Positions 1-14,674 of a stretch of 64,000 nt of DNA are shown in pieces. Position 1 is the stretch's first letter; each line of letters opens with the position of its first letter. The position numbers were made by a program, and so were the translations under genes. The stretch spans positions 459,904 to 523,903 of the forward strand of contig CAVTMG010000002.1 of the NCBI GenBank assembly GCA_963735775.1, written 5' to 3'. Under the pieces are notes generated by a model. It was not told the origin of the DNA, did no database searches, and was given only the letters and a program-made list of their open reading frames with translations. This DNA is from an uncultured Gammaproteobacteria bacterium. GTDB lineage: Bacteria; Pseudomonadota; Gammaproteobacteria; Steroidobacterales; Steroidobacteraceae.

Positions 1-3244
<3,244 letters not shown>

Positions 3245-3384
3245 GGGCGAGGAATGATGCCGCGAAGCGCCTTGCCGCCGGTCATGCTTTGTCACGCCGG
3301 GCGTGTCGCCCATCACGCTTCGTGCGGCCTGGCCTTAAGCTCATAAGCCAAAAGCATGAGGCCAGCGCCCAGAATCGGCCGGTG

Positions 3385-4119
3385 ATGGTACACGCAGCCG
3401 CAGCTCCCGCCTGTATTGACGCGACGCTGGCATCCAAGATCGATGCCACGGTGGCGCTGCTGCGCCGGGCGGTGAAGGAGTTCGGCCGCGTGGTCTACGC
3501 CAACAGCCTCGGTGCCGAGGCCATGGTACTGACCGACCTTATCTGCACCCAGGTCCCGGAAATCGACATGTTCAGCATCGATACCGGCCGCCTTCCGGAA
3601 GAGACCCTGTCGTTGCTCGAGCGGCTCGAACGGCGCTATCACCGGCGCCTGCCGCTCTACTATCCCGATGCGCAGGCGGTTGCGCGTTACGTTCGCGAGC
3701 ACGGCATCAATGGCTTTTACAATGGCCTGGGCGAGCGCCTGAGTTGCTGCCAGATTCGCAAGGTCGAGCCTTTCAGGCGCGCGATCGCCGGGTACCAGGC
3801 GTGGGTGACTGGCGTGCGCCACGAGCAGTCCGAGTTGCGCGCCGCGGCGCAGCCCATTGCGCGCGACGAGCAGCACGGCCTGGCGAAGGTCAGTCCGTTG
3901 CTGGAGTGGACCGACGCAGATATCTGGACCTATATTCGCGTCAAGCAGTTGCATTACAACCCGTTGCATGATCGCGGCTATCCGAGCATCGGCTGCGCGC
4001 CTTGCTCGCGTGCCACCACGGTGGGCGAGAGCCACCGTGCCGGGCGCTGGTGGTGGGAGCACTCCGAGTCGCGCGAATGCGGTCTGCATCCGCGCCAGCG
4101 GCCGGCCGCAGTCGGCTGA
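3385..4119 (+). CDS. cysH: adenylylsulfate/phosphoadenylylsulfate reductase (thioredoxin-dependent, Fe-S type C-terminus)
   Basis: Contains [21 protein letters not shown] and the C-terminal ..GCAPC..ECGLH motif. The ATG at 3385 was chosen inside the 276-aa track ORF. Confidence 0.85.
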   Translation: MVHAAAAPACIDATLASKIDATVALLRRAVKEFGRVVYANSLGAEAMVLTDLICTQVPEIDMFSIDTGRLPEETLSLLERLERRYHRRLPLYYPDAQAVARYVREHGINGFYNGLGERLSCCQIRKVEPFRRAIAGYQAWVTGVRHEQSELRAAAQPIARDEQHGLAKVSPLLEWTDADIWTYIRVKQLHYNPLHDRGYPSIGCAPCSRATTVGESHRAGRWWWEHSESRECGLHPRQRPAAVG

Positions 4120-4158
4120 ATTTCCGCCGCCGCGCAGTTCGCGCCGCGGGTTTCACGA

Positions 4159-5557
4159 CATGGACTATCTGCCGGTATTTCTCGATCTGCGCGAGCGCCT
4201 GACGCTGGTGGTCGGCGGCGGTGCGGTGGCCGCGCGCAAGGTCGAGCTGCTGCTCAAGAGCGGCGCACGCGTGCTGCGTGGTGGCACCCAAGCTGCATCC
4301 CGAACTGGCGCTGTACCGCGATGCCGGTCGAATCACTCACCATGGCTTGCGCTTCGAGCCCGCGCATTTCGAGGGCGTGGCCCTGGCTATCGCCGCCACC
4401 GATAGTCCCGAGGTCAACCGCGCCGTGGCGGCCGCCGGCGCGGCGCGCAGCATATTCGTCAACGTGGTCGATGACGGCGGCGCTTCCTCCTGCATCATGC
4501 CGGCGATCGTGGATCGCTCGCCGGTAATCGTGGCGATCGGCAGCTCGGGCCAGTCGCCGACGCTGGCGCGGCGGGTGCGCGCTCAGCTCGAGGCGCTGTT
4601 GCCGGAGCGGCTGGGGGAGCTGGCGCGCCTGGCCGGCCGCGCACGCGAGCGCGTACAGCGGGCACTGCCCGACCTCCAGCAACGCCGGCGCTTCTGGGAT
4701 CGGCTGTTTGCGGGCAGCATCGCCTCAAAAGTGTATGCCGGACGCATGGCGGAGGCCGAGGCGCTGCTCGAGGCGCAGTTGCAAGTCCCCGAGGCGCCAC
4801 TTCGCGGCGAGGTCTATCTGATCGGCGCGGGGCCCGGTGATCCGGACCTGCTGACGCTGCGCGCATTGCAGTTGCTGCAGCAGTGCGATGTCGTACTGTA
4901 CGACCGGCTGGTCGGCGAGGCGGTGCTGGCGCGCGCGCGGCGCGACGCCGAGCGGGTATTCGTCGGCAAGGAGTCCGGCAAGCATCGCGTCACGCAGCAG
5001 CGCATCCATGCGCTGATGCTCGAGTACGCCGGACGCGGCTTGCGGGTGGCGCGGCTCAAGGGCGGCGATCCCTTCATCTTCGGCCGCGGCGGCGAGGAGA
5101 TCGATGCACTGCGGCGCGCCGGCATCCCGGTGATCGTGGTGCCCGGCATCACCGCGGCGCTGGGTGCGGCGGCGGCTACCGCTCTGCCGCTGACGCAGCG
5201 CGGCGTGGCGCAGTCGGTGACGCTGGTCACTGCCATGGGCGAGGCGCCGAAGGCCTGGACTGGCGCGCGCTGGCCGCCCCGCTGCAGACAGTGGTGTTCT
5301 ACATGGGGATCGCGCAATTGCCGCGCATCGTCGGGCATCTGCTCGCGCAAGGCGCACCGTGCCAGCGTCCCGCGGCTATCATCGAGCGTGCCACGCTGCC
5401 CGAGCAGCGTGTGCTGGCAGGCTGCCTGGACAACATCGCGCAGCGCGCGCAGCAGGCCGGCATCGAGGCGCCGGCATTGTTGATCGTCGGAGAGGTGGCC
5501 GCGCGCGCTGCGAGCGCCGCGGCTTGGATCGAATCCGTGGGGATAAAACACGCATGA
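4159..5557 (+). pseudogene. cysG: siroheme synthase (precorrin-2 dehydrogenase / ferrochelatase / uroporphyrinogen-III methyltransferase), 2 frameshifts
   Basis: [32 protein letters not shown] is in one frame, the central 420-aa ORF (GEVYLIGAGPGDPDLLTLRA..GGDPFIFGRGGEE) in a second, and the C-terminus LQTVVFYMG..ALLIVGEV in a third. Shifts are near 4270 and 5250. Confidence 0.85.
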
Positions 5558-6594
5558 CTATCGTCCAGGACTTTCTCGATGCCATCGGCCATACGCCGCT
5601 GATCCGCCTGCGGCGCGTCAGCGAAGAGACCGGCTGCGAGATCTCGGCAAGGCGGAGTTCATGAATCCAGGCGGTTCGGTCAAGGACCGCGCGGCGCGCG
5701 CCATCGTGCTCGATGCCGAGCGGCGCGGTGTGCTGAAGAAAGCCGGCACGGTGGTGGAGGGCACGGCCGGCAATACCGGCATCGGCCTGGCGCACGTCTG
5801 CAATGCGCGCGGCTATCGCTGCGTCATCGTGATGCCCGATAACCAGTCGCCGGAGAAGTACGCGCTTGATCGAGGCGCTCGGCGCGGAAGTGCGGCGCGT
5901 GAAGACCGTGCCGTACAGCGATCCGAATCACTACCAGAAAGTGGCCGGGCGCCTGGCCGAGGAGCTGCCGGACGCGATCTGGGCCAATCAGTTCGACAAC
6001 ACCGCCAACCGCCGGGCGCACGTGGAGACCACCGGTCCGGAAATCTGGCAGCAGACCGAGGGCAGCATCGATGCCTTCGTCGCCGCCAGCGGCACCGGCG
6101 GCACGATCGCCGGGGTGTCCGAATACCTGAAGTCGCGCGACGCCGGCGTGCGCACGGTGCTGGCCGATCCGCCGGGCAGCTCGTTGTATGAATACATCCG
6201 CAACGGCGTGGTGAAGGCCACCGGCAGCGGCTCGATCACCGAGGGCATCGGCATCGGCCGCGTCACGGCCAATATGCAGGGCGCGCCGATCGATGATGCC
6301 GTGCACATCGAGGATCGCGAGACGGTGCGCTACGTCTATCGGCTGCTGCGCGAGGAGGGGCTGTTCGTCAGCAGCACCAGCGGCATCAACGTGGCCGCGG
6401 CCGTGCGCGTGGCGCGCGAGCTGGGGCCCGGGCATACCGTCGTCACGGTGCTGTGCGACACCGGCTCGAAGTATCTCTCGCGGCTGTTCAATCGCGAATG
6501 GCTGGCGCAGAAGGGCTTGCTCGAGGCGGCCGGCCTATCCGCGGACGCATCGACATGGCGTCGCTCCGCGCGCTGCTGCTGGCTAGCCTGCTGA
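5554..6594 (+). pseudogene. PLP-dependent cysteine synthase / CBS-like enzyme, 2 frameshifts
   Basis: [19 protein letters not shown].., ..[24 protein letters not shown].. and ..[17 protein letters not shown].. lie in three frames. The start overlaps the cysG stop (ATGA). Confidence 0.8.
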
Positions 6595-7603
6595 TCGCCG
6601 CCGCGTGCAGCGCAACCGCCGGCGCAGCCTGCTGGCCGCTCCGCGCCGCGCAGCGGCTGGGTGTCGCGCAGCGTCGACGGCATCATGGGCACGCGCATCT
6701 TCGTGGAGCTGTGGGCCGAGGATAAGGACAAGCAGCGCGGCGAGCAGGCGATCGATGCGGTCATGGCCGAGATGCGGCACATCGACGACTCCATGAGCAC
6801 CTACAAGCCCACCAGCGAGGTCTCGAAGGTCAATGACCTGGCGGCCAAGCAGCCGGTGGTGATCAGCCCCGAGCTGTTCAATCTGCTGCAGACGGCGCTC
6901 GAGTATTCGCGCATCACCCATGGCGCGTTCGACATCACCTACGCCAGCGTCGGCTACCTGTACGACTTTCGCCACGCAAGCGGCCGACCGAGCAGCAGAT
7001 CCAGGCGGCGCTGCCGGCGGTGGGCTATCAGCACATGTTGCTCGACCCCAGGCGCACAGCACGGTGCGCTTCTCGCAGCCCGGCGTGCGCATCGACCTCG
7101 GCGGCATCGCCAAGGGCTACTCGGTCGATCGCGGCATCGAGATCCTGCAGGCCCGCGGCATCACAAACGCCCTGGTCAATGCCGGCGGCGACAGCCGCGT
7201 GATCGGCGACCGGCGCGGCCGGCCATGGATGGTCGGCATTCAGCATCCGGATCACGCCGATCAGGTGGTCACGCGCGTGCCATTGACCGACCGCGCGTTT
7301 TCGACCTCGGGCGACTACGAGCGCTATTTCGATGAAGACGGCGTGCGCTACCACCACATCATCGATCCGCACACCGGCGACTCAGCCCGCAAGGTACGCA
7401 GCGCCACGGTGATCGCCTCGACCGCCACCCGCACCGATGGCCTGTCGAAGACCGCCTTCGTCCTCGGCCCGGACGAGGCGATGAAGATCTACAACCAGCT
7501 CGATGACGTGGATGCCATCCTGGTTACGCCCGACGGGCGCATCCTTTATTCGAAGGGGCTGGAGCCCGCGGGGCCGAACGTGTCAAACCCGCCAGCACAC
7601 TAG
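6555..7603 (+). pseudogene. apbE: FAD:protein FMN transferase ApbE (lipoprotein signal), several frameshifts
   Basis: Has the signal/lipobox MASLRALLLASLLIAAAC, then MGTRIFVELW..MSTYKPTSEVSKVN..GAFDIT and ..IDLGGIAKGYSVD..VNAGGD..STSGDYERYF..HHIIDPHTG. Fragments lie in at least 3 frames. Confidence 0.8.
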
Positions 7604-7623
7604 CTGCCGGCGATAGGACCAAC

Positions 7624-8386
7624 ATGATCCTGAAGTACTATCACGCCGAACCGGTCGCCAATTCACTCAAGTCAATGGTGCCGCTGCTCGAGAAGCGACT
7701 CGCCTTCGAGAGCGTGTACGTGGACTTGCACAAATTCGAGCAACATTCGGCCTGGTTCGTGGCCATAAATCCGGAAGGGCCAGGTGCCGGTACTCGACCA
7801 TGACGGCGCCATCATCACGCACAGCAGCGTGATCAACGAATATCTGGAGGACGTATTTCCGGAAACGCCGCTGCGTCCGCGCGATCCGCAGGGTGCGGCG
7901 CGCATGCGCTACTGGAACAAGTTCGTCGACGAGCAGGTCATGAATCACGTATCGATGCACGGCTGGCATCGGCTGGTCGGCATCATCGCCCGCAAGGTCG
8001 AGAGTGGCGAATTCGAGAAGCTGATGGAGCGATGCCGCTGCCGGATCAGCGCAAGAAATGGACCACGGCGCGCTCGGGCTTCAGCGAGGCGGATCTCGCC
8101 AATGCCACCGACAAGATCATCTACGCGGTCGACAAGGTGGAGGCGCAGCTCAGCCGCACCCAGTGGCTTGCGGGCGATGACTATAGCCTCGCCGACATCA
8201 ACTTCTACTCCATGTGCGGCATGATGGTGGAGCGCATGTTTCCGGAGTTGCAGATAGGCCAAGCGCTGTCCGCGCCTGGTGCAGTGGCGGGAGAAGATGA
8301 CCGCGCGACCGGCAATAGCCAGGGCGCTCGCCGGCGAGGACCGCACCGCGCCGGGATTGCGCACCTGGACCGGCCACGCCCGCTGA
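7624..8386 (+). pseudogene. glutathione S-transferase family protein, about 3 frameshifts
   Basis: MILKYYHAEPVANSLK..NPEG(Q)VPVLDHDGAIITHSSVINEYLED, then ..WLAGDDYSLADINFY.., then the end ..RCPRLVQWREKMTARPAIARAL. One indel is an extra C at 7780-7781. Confidence 0.75.
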
Positions 8387-8408
8387 AGCCGGCTGCACGC
8401 AGGTGCCT

Positions 8409-9300
8409 TCAGGCCCTTCGTTGTCGCTGTAGCTTTCGCGGCGCAGTCTTCTCGAACCCGATGCGCTGTTCGTGTCCGGCATCGGCAGGAAAATCGCGGA
8501 AATCCGCGAGAACCTCATCGAACAACTGCCCGCAGCTCCTCCTTGAACTCCGGGTGCGTGAAGATGTGGAAGCGATTTTCGCGCATCGCCTCGAGCACGC
8601 GCGCGGCGACCACGTCCGGCTCCATGCCGAATTCATGGACGTCCGCAAGCCGCTTGCACGTCTTCTGGTCCACCGGCTTGGCGCCGCCCTTGAGCCGTCC
8701 GGCCGGATCTCGTCGCTGGCATAGATATAGGATTTGACCAGACCCGGGCACAGCACCGAGACGCCGATGCCATGCGGCGCGAGGCTGGCGCGCAGCGATT
8801 CGGACATGCCGCGCACGGCGAATTTGGTGGTGTTGTAGATGCCCGGCACGCCGGCGGCGAGGAAGGCGGCCATCGAAGCGGTATTGACGACGTAGCCGCC
8901 GGCACCAGAGGCGATCATGCGCGGCACAAACGTCATGACGCCATTGATCGGGCCCGTGAAGATTAACTCCCATGACCCAATCCCAGTCGTCGATAGCTCG
9001 AGTCCTCGATCGTCTGGAACAGATTGATGCCGGCATTATTGAACAGCAGGCTCACCGGCCCGAACTTCGCCTCCACCGCATCGGCAGCCTCGCGTCATGG
9101 CCTCGCGCGAGCTGACACATCGAGCTGCACGCCCATGACCATCGGATTGTTGAGCGACTGCAGCGCCGCGTCGATGGCGTCCTTGCGGATGTCGGCGATG
9201 CGCAACCTTGCAGCCTTGGCAAGCAGCGCGCGCACCAGTCCGATACCGATGCCGTGGGCGCTCCGGTCACGAATGCGGTGCGGCCTGCAAAATCCTTCAT
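8409..9300 (-). pseudogene. short-chain dehydrogenase/reductase (SDR), multiple frameshifts
   Basis: MKDFAGRTAFVTGA..HGIGIGL (TGxxxGIG), ..NTASMAAF..YNTTKFAVRGMSE (YxxxK) and the C-terminus FHIFTHPEFKEELR.. lie in different frames. It is a paralogue of the adjacent SDR. Confidence 0.7.
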
Positions 9301-10209
9301 GACTTGGATCCTCTGTGGCGCGCGGTTTCCGCGGCGTGGATGGGGTTGCGAAACAGCACAGCTGAAAGTGCGCTTGTACTCGTCGTTTTCGGGCAGATCG
9401 GGCACCGCCGCGCACATCGCCTGCGCGCGATCGTCGACACCCTGCCGGAATTCGCTGTGGGTCAGGATGTAGAGCTCATCATTGAGGATGCCCTGCAGCA
9501 CGCGCTCGCCGACCTGCTCCTTGGTCCATGAACAGATGGAAGAAGTGGCCGCCCTGCTGACGGCGCTTGTCGGCCTCGGCGTAGCCGGTTTCAGCCAGCT
9601 CGGCCGGGCGCGTCTTGGCCTGCCTCGGCAATGTTCGATTGCACGGCGCCGGGGCAAAAGGCCGAGCAGATGATGCCCTGCGGCTCGAGTTCGGCGCGCA
9701 TGCATTCGATCATGTGCACCACGGCACCCTTGGAGGTGCCGTAGATGGTCGCGCCAGGATGCGGCATCAGTCCCGACATGGAAGCGGTATTGACGATATG
9801 GCCGCCTTCGCCGTGCCGCTTGGATGCGCGGCAGGATGGTGACGATGCCGTTGATGCGTCCTCCGAGGTTCACCCCCATCACCCAGTCCCAGTCGGCGAA
9901 GGTCGCCAGCTGCGTCGGCCCGACGACCGCGACGCCGGCGTTGTTGCAGAGCAGATGAATCTTGCCGAAGCGCGCTTCCGCCGCGTCGGCGGCGCGCGCG
10001 TAGTGCGGCCCGGTCGGTCACGTCGAGCTTGAGCGCCAGAGTGTGCTGCGGGCGAGCCCAGCTCGGCCTGCGGCGGCCTGCAGATGATCATCGCGAATAT
10101 CGGCGATGACTACGTTCATGCCCGCGCCGAGCAGCGCCTTGGCGATGCCGAGTCCGATGCCACTCGCCCCGCCGGTCACGAACGCGGTCTTGCCTGGCAG
10201 ATTCTGCAT
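9297..10209 (-). pseudogene. short-chain dehydrogenase/reductase (SDR), multiple frameshifts; tandem paralogue
   Basis: MQNLPGKTAFVTGGASGIGLGIAKAL, ..YGTSKGAVVHMIECMRAEL.. and ..LYILTHSEFRQGVDDRA.. lie in different frames. Its stop overlaps the start of the downstream SDR (ATGA). Confidence 0.7.
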
Positions 10210-10322
10210 GCGCTCTCGCCCCTGGAGTCAGCGGGTTAACGAAGGGCTGGACAGGCCAACGCGATTGCTATTGTATCTGACACCGACAAAGCCTAGCAGG
10301 GCAACGGGGGAACAAAGCGATC

Positions 10323-11701
10323 ATGAGTGCAATCACGCCTTTGGTCGAGCCGCAGCCGCAGCCGCAGCCGCAGTCGCAGTCGGGGCCCAAGCCCTGGCCG
10401 TCGCGTCGTGCCGCCTATTACGCGCTGGCCGTCATCATTCTCGCCACCATGTTGAATTTCTTCGATGCGCAGGTGTTCGGGATGATGGCGCAGCGGATCA
10501 AGGTCGATCTGCATCTGAGCGATGAGCAGCTCGGCTTTCTGATCGGGCCCGCCAACATCATCTTCTACGTGGTGGTCGGCATACCGATGGCGCGCCTGGT
10601 GGATATCTATTCCGCGCAATATCGTGCTGGCGTGCGGAATCGCCGCCATCGGCGGCATCACCGCGCTCGGCGGCCTGGCGCAGAGCTTCTGGCAACTGTT
10701 CTGCAGCCGCATGCTGGTGGGTGCCGGCGGCTCGGCGCATGCACCGGGCGCCTATTCGATGCTGGCCGACTACTTCCCGCCGGCACGGCTGCCGCGCGCC
10801 ATCGGCATACTGCAACTGGGATTCATCGGCGGCAATTCACTCGGGATATTTCTGGGCGGGCACCTCACCAGCTGGGCGGCCGCGTGGCCGATCAGCCATT
10901 GGATGGGGCTTAGCATGCACGGCTGGCAGCTGGATCCTGATGATGGTGGGGGCGCCGGGGCTATTGATCAGCGTGCTGCTGTTGCTGGCAAAGGAGCCAC
11001 CGCGGCGCGGCACCGCCATGCAGGGCAAGGCAATGCCGGTCATGGTCGTGGTGCGCGAGATCTGGTTGCGCAGGGCGATCTACCTGCCGCTGTTCCTCGG
11101 ACTGGCTCTCATCGCCACGCAGACGATGGGCATTCAGCCCTGGCGCGCGCCATTCCTGATCCGGACCTATGGCTGGAGCGAAGCGCGCATCGGCAGCTGG
11201 TATGGGGCGATATTCCTGGTGGCGTCGCTGATCGGCGCGACCTTCGGCACGCTGCTGGTGGAATGGCTCAGCAAGCGCTACAAGGATGCGAACGTGCGCG
11301 CCTCGACCATCCTGTTTGCGGTGGCGGCGCCGTTCGAGATCATCGCCCCGCTGATGCCCACCGGCGAGCTGTCGCTGCTGTGCATCGGTGTGGCACTGGT
11401 TTGCGGAATCGCTTCGGCGGTGCCGCAAAACGCCGCGATCCAGCGCATCACGCCCAACGAGATGCGCGGCCAGGTGACCGCCATCTACCTGTTCATGTTC
11501 ATCGTCTTTGGCGCCCTCGGCAGCCAGTTGATCGGCTCCATCACGCAAAGAGTTTTTCATTCGGACGCGGACCTGTGGAAAACCATCGTCTTGACGGCGT
11601 CGGTGCTGATGCCGCTGGCGGCGCTCACGATCTCGCGTGGCATCAAACCCTATGGCCGCGAGATCCAGCGTCTCGAGGCGCTCGAGAATCGCGCAGCCTG
11701 A
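10323..11701 (+). pseudogene. MFS transporter, 2 frameshifts
   Basis: Three collinear hydrophobic fragments are present (..YYALAVIILATMLNFFD.., ..LACGIAAIGGITALGG..RMLVGAGGS.., ..LLISVLLLLAKEPP...). Shifts are near 10615 and 10930. Confidence 0.75.
10350..10383 (+). repeat. hexanucleotide tandem repeat (CCGCAG)x4 + (TCGCAG)x2 encoding PQPQPQPQSQS in the MFS N-terminus
   Basis: Read directly from the sequence: gagccgcagccgcagccgcagccgcagtcgcagtcg. Confidence 0.9.
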
Positions 11702-11708
11702 CAGCAAC

Positions 11709-12521
11709 ATGACTGGCGAGCCCAGGAGCACGCGCGCGCCGATCGCCTACGTCGGACGCGGGGTCGCGCGGCCGCGCTACTATGCCAACGATCACAGCCG
11801 CGACCTGCTCGAGATCGCGCCGGTGGAAATGCCGATCGCCGACACCCGGGGCTGCCACGCCGCGCTTGATGCCGACGGCTTCACGCTGCTCGAACATCGC
11901 AGCGCCATCACCGACTTCACCGACCGCGCGTCGCTCGAAGCCGTTTACCGGGTTGAGGTGGTCGAGCTTATCAGCTCGCTCACCGGCGCCGATCTGGTCG
12001 TGGTCAACAGTCCCGGGGTACTGCGCTTCAGCGAGAAGTCGGCAAACTCGGGCGCGCTGGACAACTCCCGCCCGGCGCGCTTTGCCCATGTCGACATCAG
12101 CGATGCGACCGCCGGCGCCTTTGCGCAACGGGTCGCGCCCGCAGGCCGGACACTGGCGCGGTCCGCTCATTTCAACATCTGGCGCGCCATCTCGGAGCCG
12201 CCGCAGGACGTACCGCTCGCGCTCTGCAATGCGCGCAGCGTTTCCGGGCGCGAGTTATTGCTTGCCGATGCCATATTCGATACCCCCGGCAAGCCGGAAT
12301 GGTCGTTTGAAGGGCTGGTGGTCGCACACGATGCCGCACACCGCTGGCATTGGTTCTCGGAGATGACGCGGGATGAGGCACTGGTGTTCAAAACCCACGA
12401 CAGCGATCCGCTGCGCGCACACTGCGTGCCGCACGTGGCATTCGACAACCCGCATTGCGGCTCGCACACAGCGCCGCGCGCGAGCATCGAGATGCGTGCC
12501 ATCGCGCTGTGGTTCGGCTGA
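11709..12521 (+). CDS. CmcJ/NvfI-family (Fe(II)/2OG-oxygenase-like) protein
   Basis: 270 aa and intact. Contains ..ARFAHVDISD.., ..FNIWRAI..PQD.PLALC.., ..HRWHWFSEMTRDEALVFKTHDSD.. and PHVAF. It is a paralogue of 12547..13392. Confidence 0.65.
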   Translation: MTGEPRSTRAPIAYVGRGVARPRYYANDHSRDLLEIAPVEMPIADTRGCHAALDADGFTLLEHRSAITDFTDRASLEAVYRVEVVELISSLTGADLVVVNSPGVLRFSEKSANSGALDNSRPARFAHVDISDATAGAFAQRVAPAGRTLARSAHFNIWRAISEPPQDVPLALCNARSVSGRELLLADAIFDTPGKPEWSFEGLVVAHDAAHRWHWFSEMTRDEALVFKTHDSDPLRAHCVPHVAFDNPHCGSHTAPRASIEMRAIALWFG

Positions 12522-12546
12522 AGCCGCGCCGGGGCCGCGAGCGCCC

Positions 12547-13392
12547 TCAGTGGTTGGAGAAGTAGGCCATGCCGCGAAATTCCATGGAGCGGCGCCGCTG
12601 CGCATCAGGCCGGCTGTGATCGCGAAAAGCGGTGTGCGGGCAACGCCATGCGGTACTGTGATCGGAATCATAAAACTTGATGAGCACCACCTCATCGGGC
12701 GTCATGTCCGGGAAGTACCACCAGCGATGGTTGGGAGAGTGGCGAAAGATGGTCGCGGCGGTCATGTCCGCCTCGCCTTCGATGGGCGCGAATAAGGCAT
12801 CGCCGGTCGGGATCTCATCGACGTCGATCTTGGTGTTGTGCGTGCCTTCATCGTCGGACACCGAGCGGCCCTCGCAAAGCGCCAGGGGCGTGTCCTGCGG
12901 CGGCGCAGACAGCGCGCGCCAGAGGCTGAAGGCCAGGAAACGGCGATAGCCGCCGCCGTCGGGCCGGTCGCGGCGATAGAGCCGGTTTGCTATGCGCTCG
13001 GCGGATCGCTGCGTGAAGTCCACGTGCGCTTCGGCCGCGGGAGGCTGCACCGTGTCGCTGGTCTGGACCGAGTCGCGCATCATTCCGCCCATGGGGATGA
13101 CCATGTCGGCCCCGGTCAGGCGCTTGACCACTTCGCGGACCTCAGCGGCATAAGCACTGTCTGCGGAGTAATTCTGCGGCCATGCGCTAACCTGCGTGAC
13201 GTGCCGCGACAGACAAAAGCCGTGCTCATCCAGCGAGAAAGGCCCGGCAAGGCGCGCGTTACGGATGGTGACCTCGTACGGGGCATAGACGCCGGTATTC
13301 AATTCCTTGCCCGGGGCCCAGAAGCGGCGATTGATGCGCGAGCTCGGCAACAGATAATCGATCTTGGCCTTTACGGCTGCAATTTGACTCAT
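12547..13392 (-). CDS. CmcJ/NvfI-family (Fe(II)/2OG-oxygenase-like) protein
   Basis: 281 aa and intact. Contains ..AEAHVDFTQ.., ..FSLWRAL..PQDTPLALC.., ..HRWWYFPDMTPDEVVLIKFYDSD.. and PHTAF. It is the last gene of the minus-strand operon and starts 3 nt after the upstream stop. Confidence 0.65.
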   Translation of the reverse strand: MSQIAAVKAKIDYLLPSSRINRRFWAPGKELNTGVYAPYEVTIRNARLAGPFSLDEHGFCLSRHVTQVSAWPQNYSADSAYAAEVREVVKRLTGADMVIPMGGMMRDSVQTSDTVQPPAAEAHVDFTQRSAERIANRLYRRDRPDGGGYRRFLAFSLWRALSAPPQDTPLALCEGRSVSDDEGTHNTKIDVDEIPTGDALFAPIEGEADMTAATIFRHSPNHRWWYFPDMTPDEVVLIKFYDSDHSTAWRCPHTAFRDHSRPDAQRRRSMEFRGMAYFSNH

Positions 13393-13395
13393 GGC

Positions 13396-13860
13396 TCAGC
13401 TCGACGCGGCGGCGACGAAGTCGAGACTGCCCCGGCGTTCAAGAAAACGCCAGCCCTCGGCGGTGTGGCGCAATTCGTCCCTATAGCTGCCAACCAGCGG
13501 CGGCTGCGCTGATTGCACCGGCGGCCCCTCGTGCGCCGCGGCGTGACCGGTAAACAGCAGGATCTGGCTGGTAGCGCTGGCACGCGCCGTGCCCTCGAGC
13601 GCCACCAGCACATTGGCCACGATGTGCCGGGCGATGCGGTGCGGCCGGGATCGGAATGCCTTGAGAATCGCCGTGCGTCCTTCGATGAATTCCTGCGGCG
13701 TGCTCGGCCGGTTCATTCGGCCATCCTCGGTGAACAGTGCCGCCACAGCCTCCCAATCTTCGGCATCGGTGAGCGCGGCATAGCGTGTGATGAGTTCGGC
13801 GATTTCGGCCTTGAGCATCCAGGCGCGGGCCGCGTCCCCGTTCACCGCACCTTCAGCCAT
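13396..13860 (-). CDS. NTF2/SnoaL-like domain protein (short form)
   Basis: MAEGAV..AEIAELITRYAALTDAEDWEAVAALFTEDG.. shows the typical SnoaL_4-type N-terminus. The ATG at 13860 overlaps the end of the upstream gene. Confidence 0.65.
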   Translation of the reverse strand: MAEGAVNGDAARAWMLKAEIAELITRYAALTDAEDWEAVAALFTEDGRMNRPSTPQEFIEGRTAILKAFRSRPHRIARHIVANVLVALEGTARASATSQILLFTGHAAAHEGPPVQSAQPPLVGSYRDELRHTAEGWRFLERRGSLDFVAAASS

Positions 13861-14566
13861 TCGCAAACCCTTCGCGCGCGCGCGAATTGTCGAGCGCGAT
13901 CGGCTTGCCGGTCACCGGGTGCGGGTAGTGGAAAGCTACCGTGTCGGTCGCCGGCCACAGCCGCGGCGGCGGATCGATCAGCTCGTCGGGACCGAGCGGG
14001 TCCTTGGGAAAGCGCGTGGTCGCCATCGGTATGAAGTCGATCGGCGTCTTCGCCCAGCCCTCGTCGAAGCTGCCGTGCCAGAACGGAAAATAGCGCAGGA
14101 CCTTGATTTTCCAGACGCCGTTTTCGCGCACATAGTCGTTCTCGTAGATGCCGCCCTCGAACCAGGCACGCTGGGTGCCCTTGGCGCTCTCGTGCAGGCC
14201 GGCCTGCATCATCGAGCGGCCGCGCACCTTGGCGCTGGCACGGTCCGGGGCGACGTCGATGACCATCTGCAATTGCGGATGTTCGAGCAGCCAGCCGTAG
14301 CGTGGCCCGTTGTGGCCCTGGGTGAATTGGGTCTGAAAGCGCTCGATGTACAGACGCCTCACCCCGGCCTTGCCCTTGTATATTCCGCCCAGGAACCAGA
14401 CATCGCCGGTATCGGAAAACAGATCGACCACCTCGTTGTACTGCGACTTGTCTATGAAGTAGCCGTAGGTGTATTGAATGCTGCGGATCTGGTGAATGTC
14501 TTGCTGGATGCCGAGTTCGTGTTCGAGTTTCCGGATCCGCGCCTCGAGGGCGGCGATGTCGGTCAT
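13853..14566 (-). CDS. NTF2/SnoaL-like domain protein (long form, ~237 aa)
   Basis: The ATG at 14566 is preceded by AGGAGAA. Contains MTDIAALEARIRKLEHELGIQQDIHQIRSIQYTYGYFID..GGIYENDYVRENGVWKIKVL. It is a paralogue of 15214..15900. Confidence 0.65.
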   Translation of the reverse strand: MTDIAALEARIRKLEHELGIQQDIHQIRSIQYTYGYFIDKSQYNEVVDLFSDTGDVWFLGGIYKGKAGVRRLYIERFQTQFTQGHNGPRYGWLLEHPQLQMVIDVAPDRASAKVRGRSMMQAGLHESAKGTQRAWFEGGIYENDYVRENGVWKIKVLRYFPFWHGSFDEGWAKTPIDFIPMATTRFPKDPLGPDELIDPPPRLWPATDTVAFHYPHPVTGKPIALDNSRAREGFANG

Positions 14567-14629
14567 GGCATTCTCCTGTTGCTGCCGTCGGCGCGGTCGT
14601 GCCGCGAGTTTCAGTCCTATCATAGCAAG

Positions 14630-14643
14630 CTAACAATTGTTAG
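14630..14643. promoter_or_regulatory. perfect 14-bp palindrome CTAACAATTGTTAG; candidate MarR operator in a divergent promoter
   Basis: Lies 64 bp upstream of the ATG at 14566 (minus) and 32 bp upstream of the ATG at 14675 (plus). Related copies are at 15167 and 16461. Confidence 0.55.
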
Positions 14644-14674
14644 AGTAAAACACTGATTCGAAGGGGAAAAACCT

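Noticed and set aside
10350-10383. A possible CRISPR or other interspersed repeat array (also checked 24572-24604 and 45190-45330)
   Set aside because: These are in-frame coding microsatellites or low-complexity tracts (PQ repeat, poly-His, poly-Asp/Glu). There is no repeat-spacer architecture anywhere in the window.
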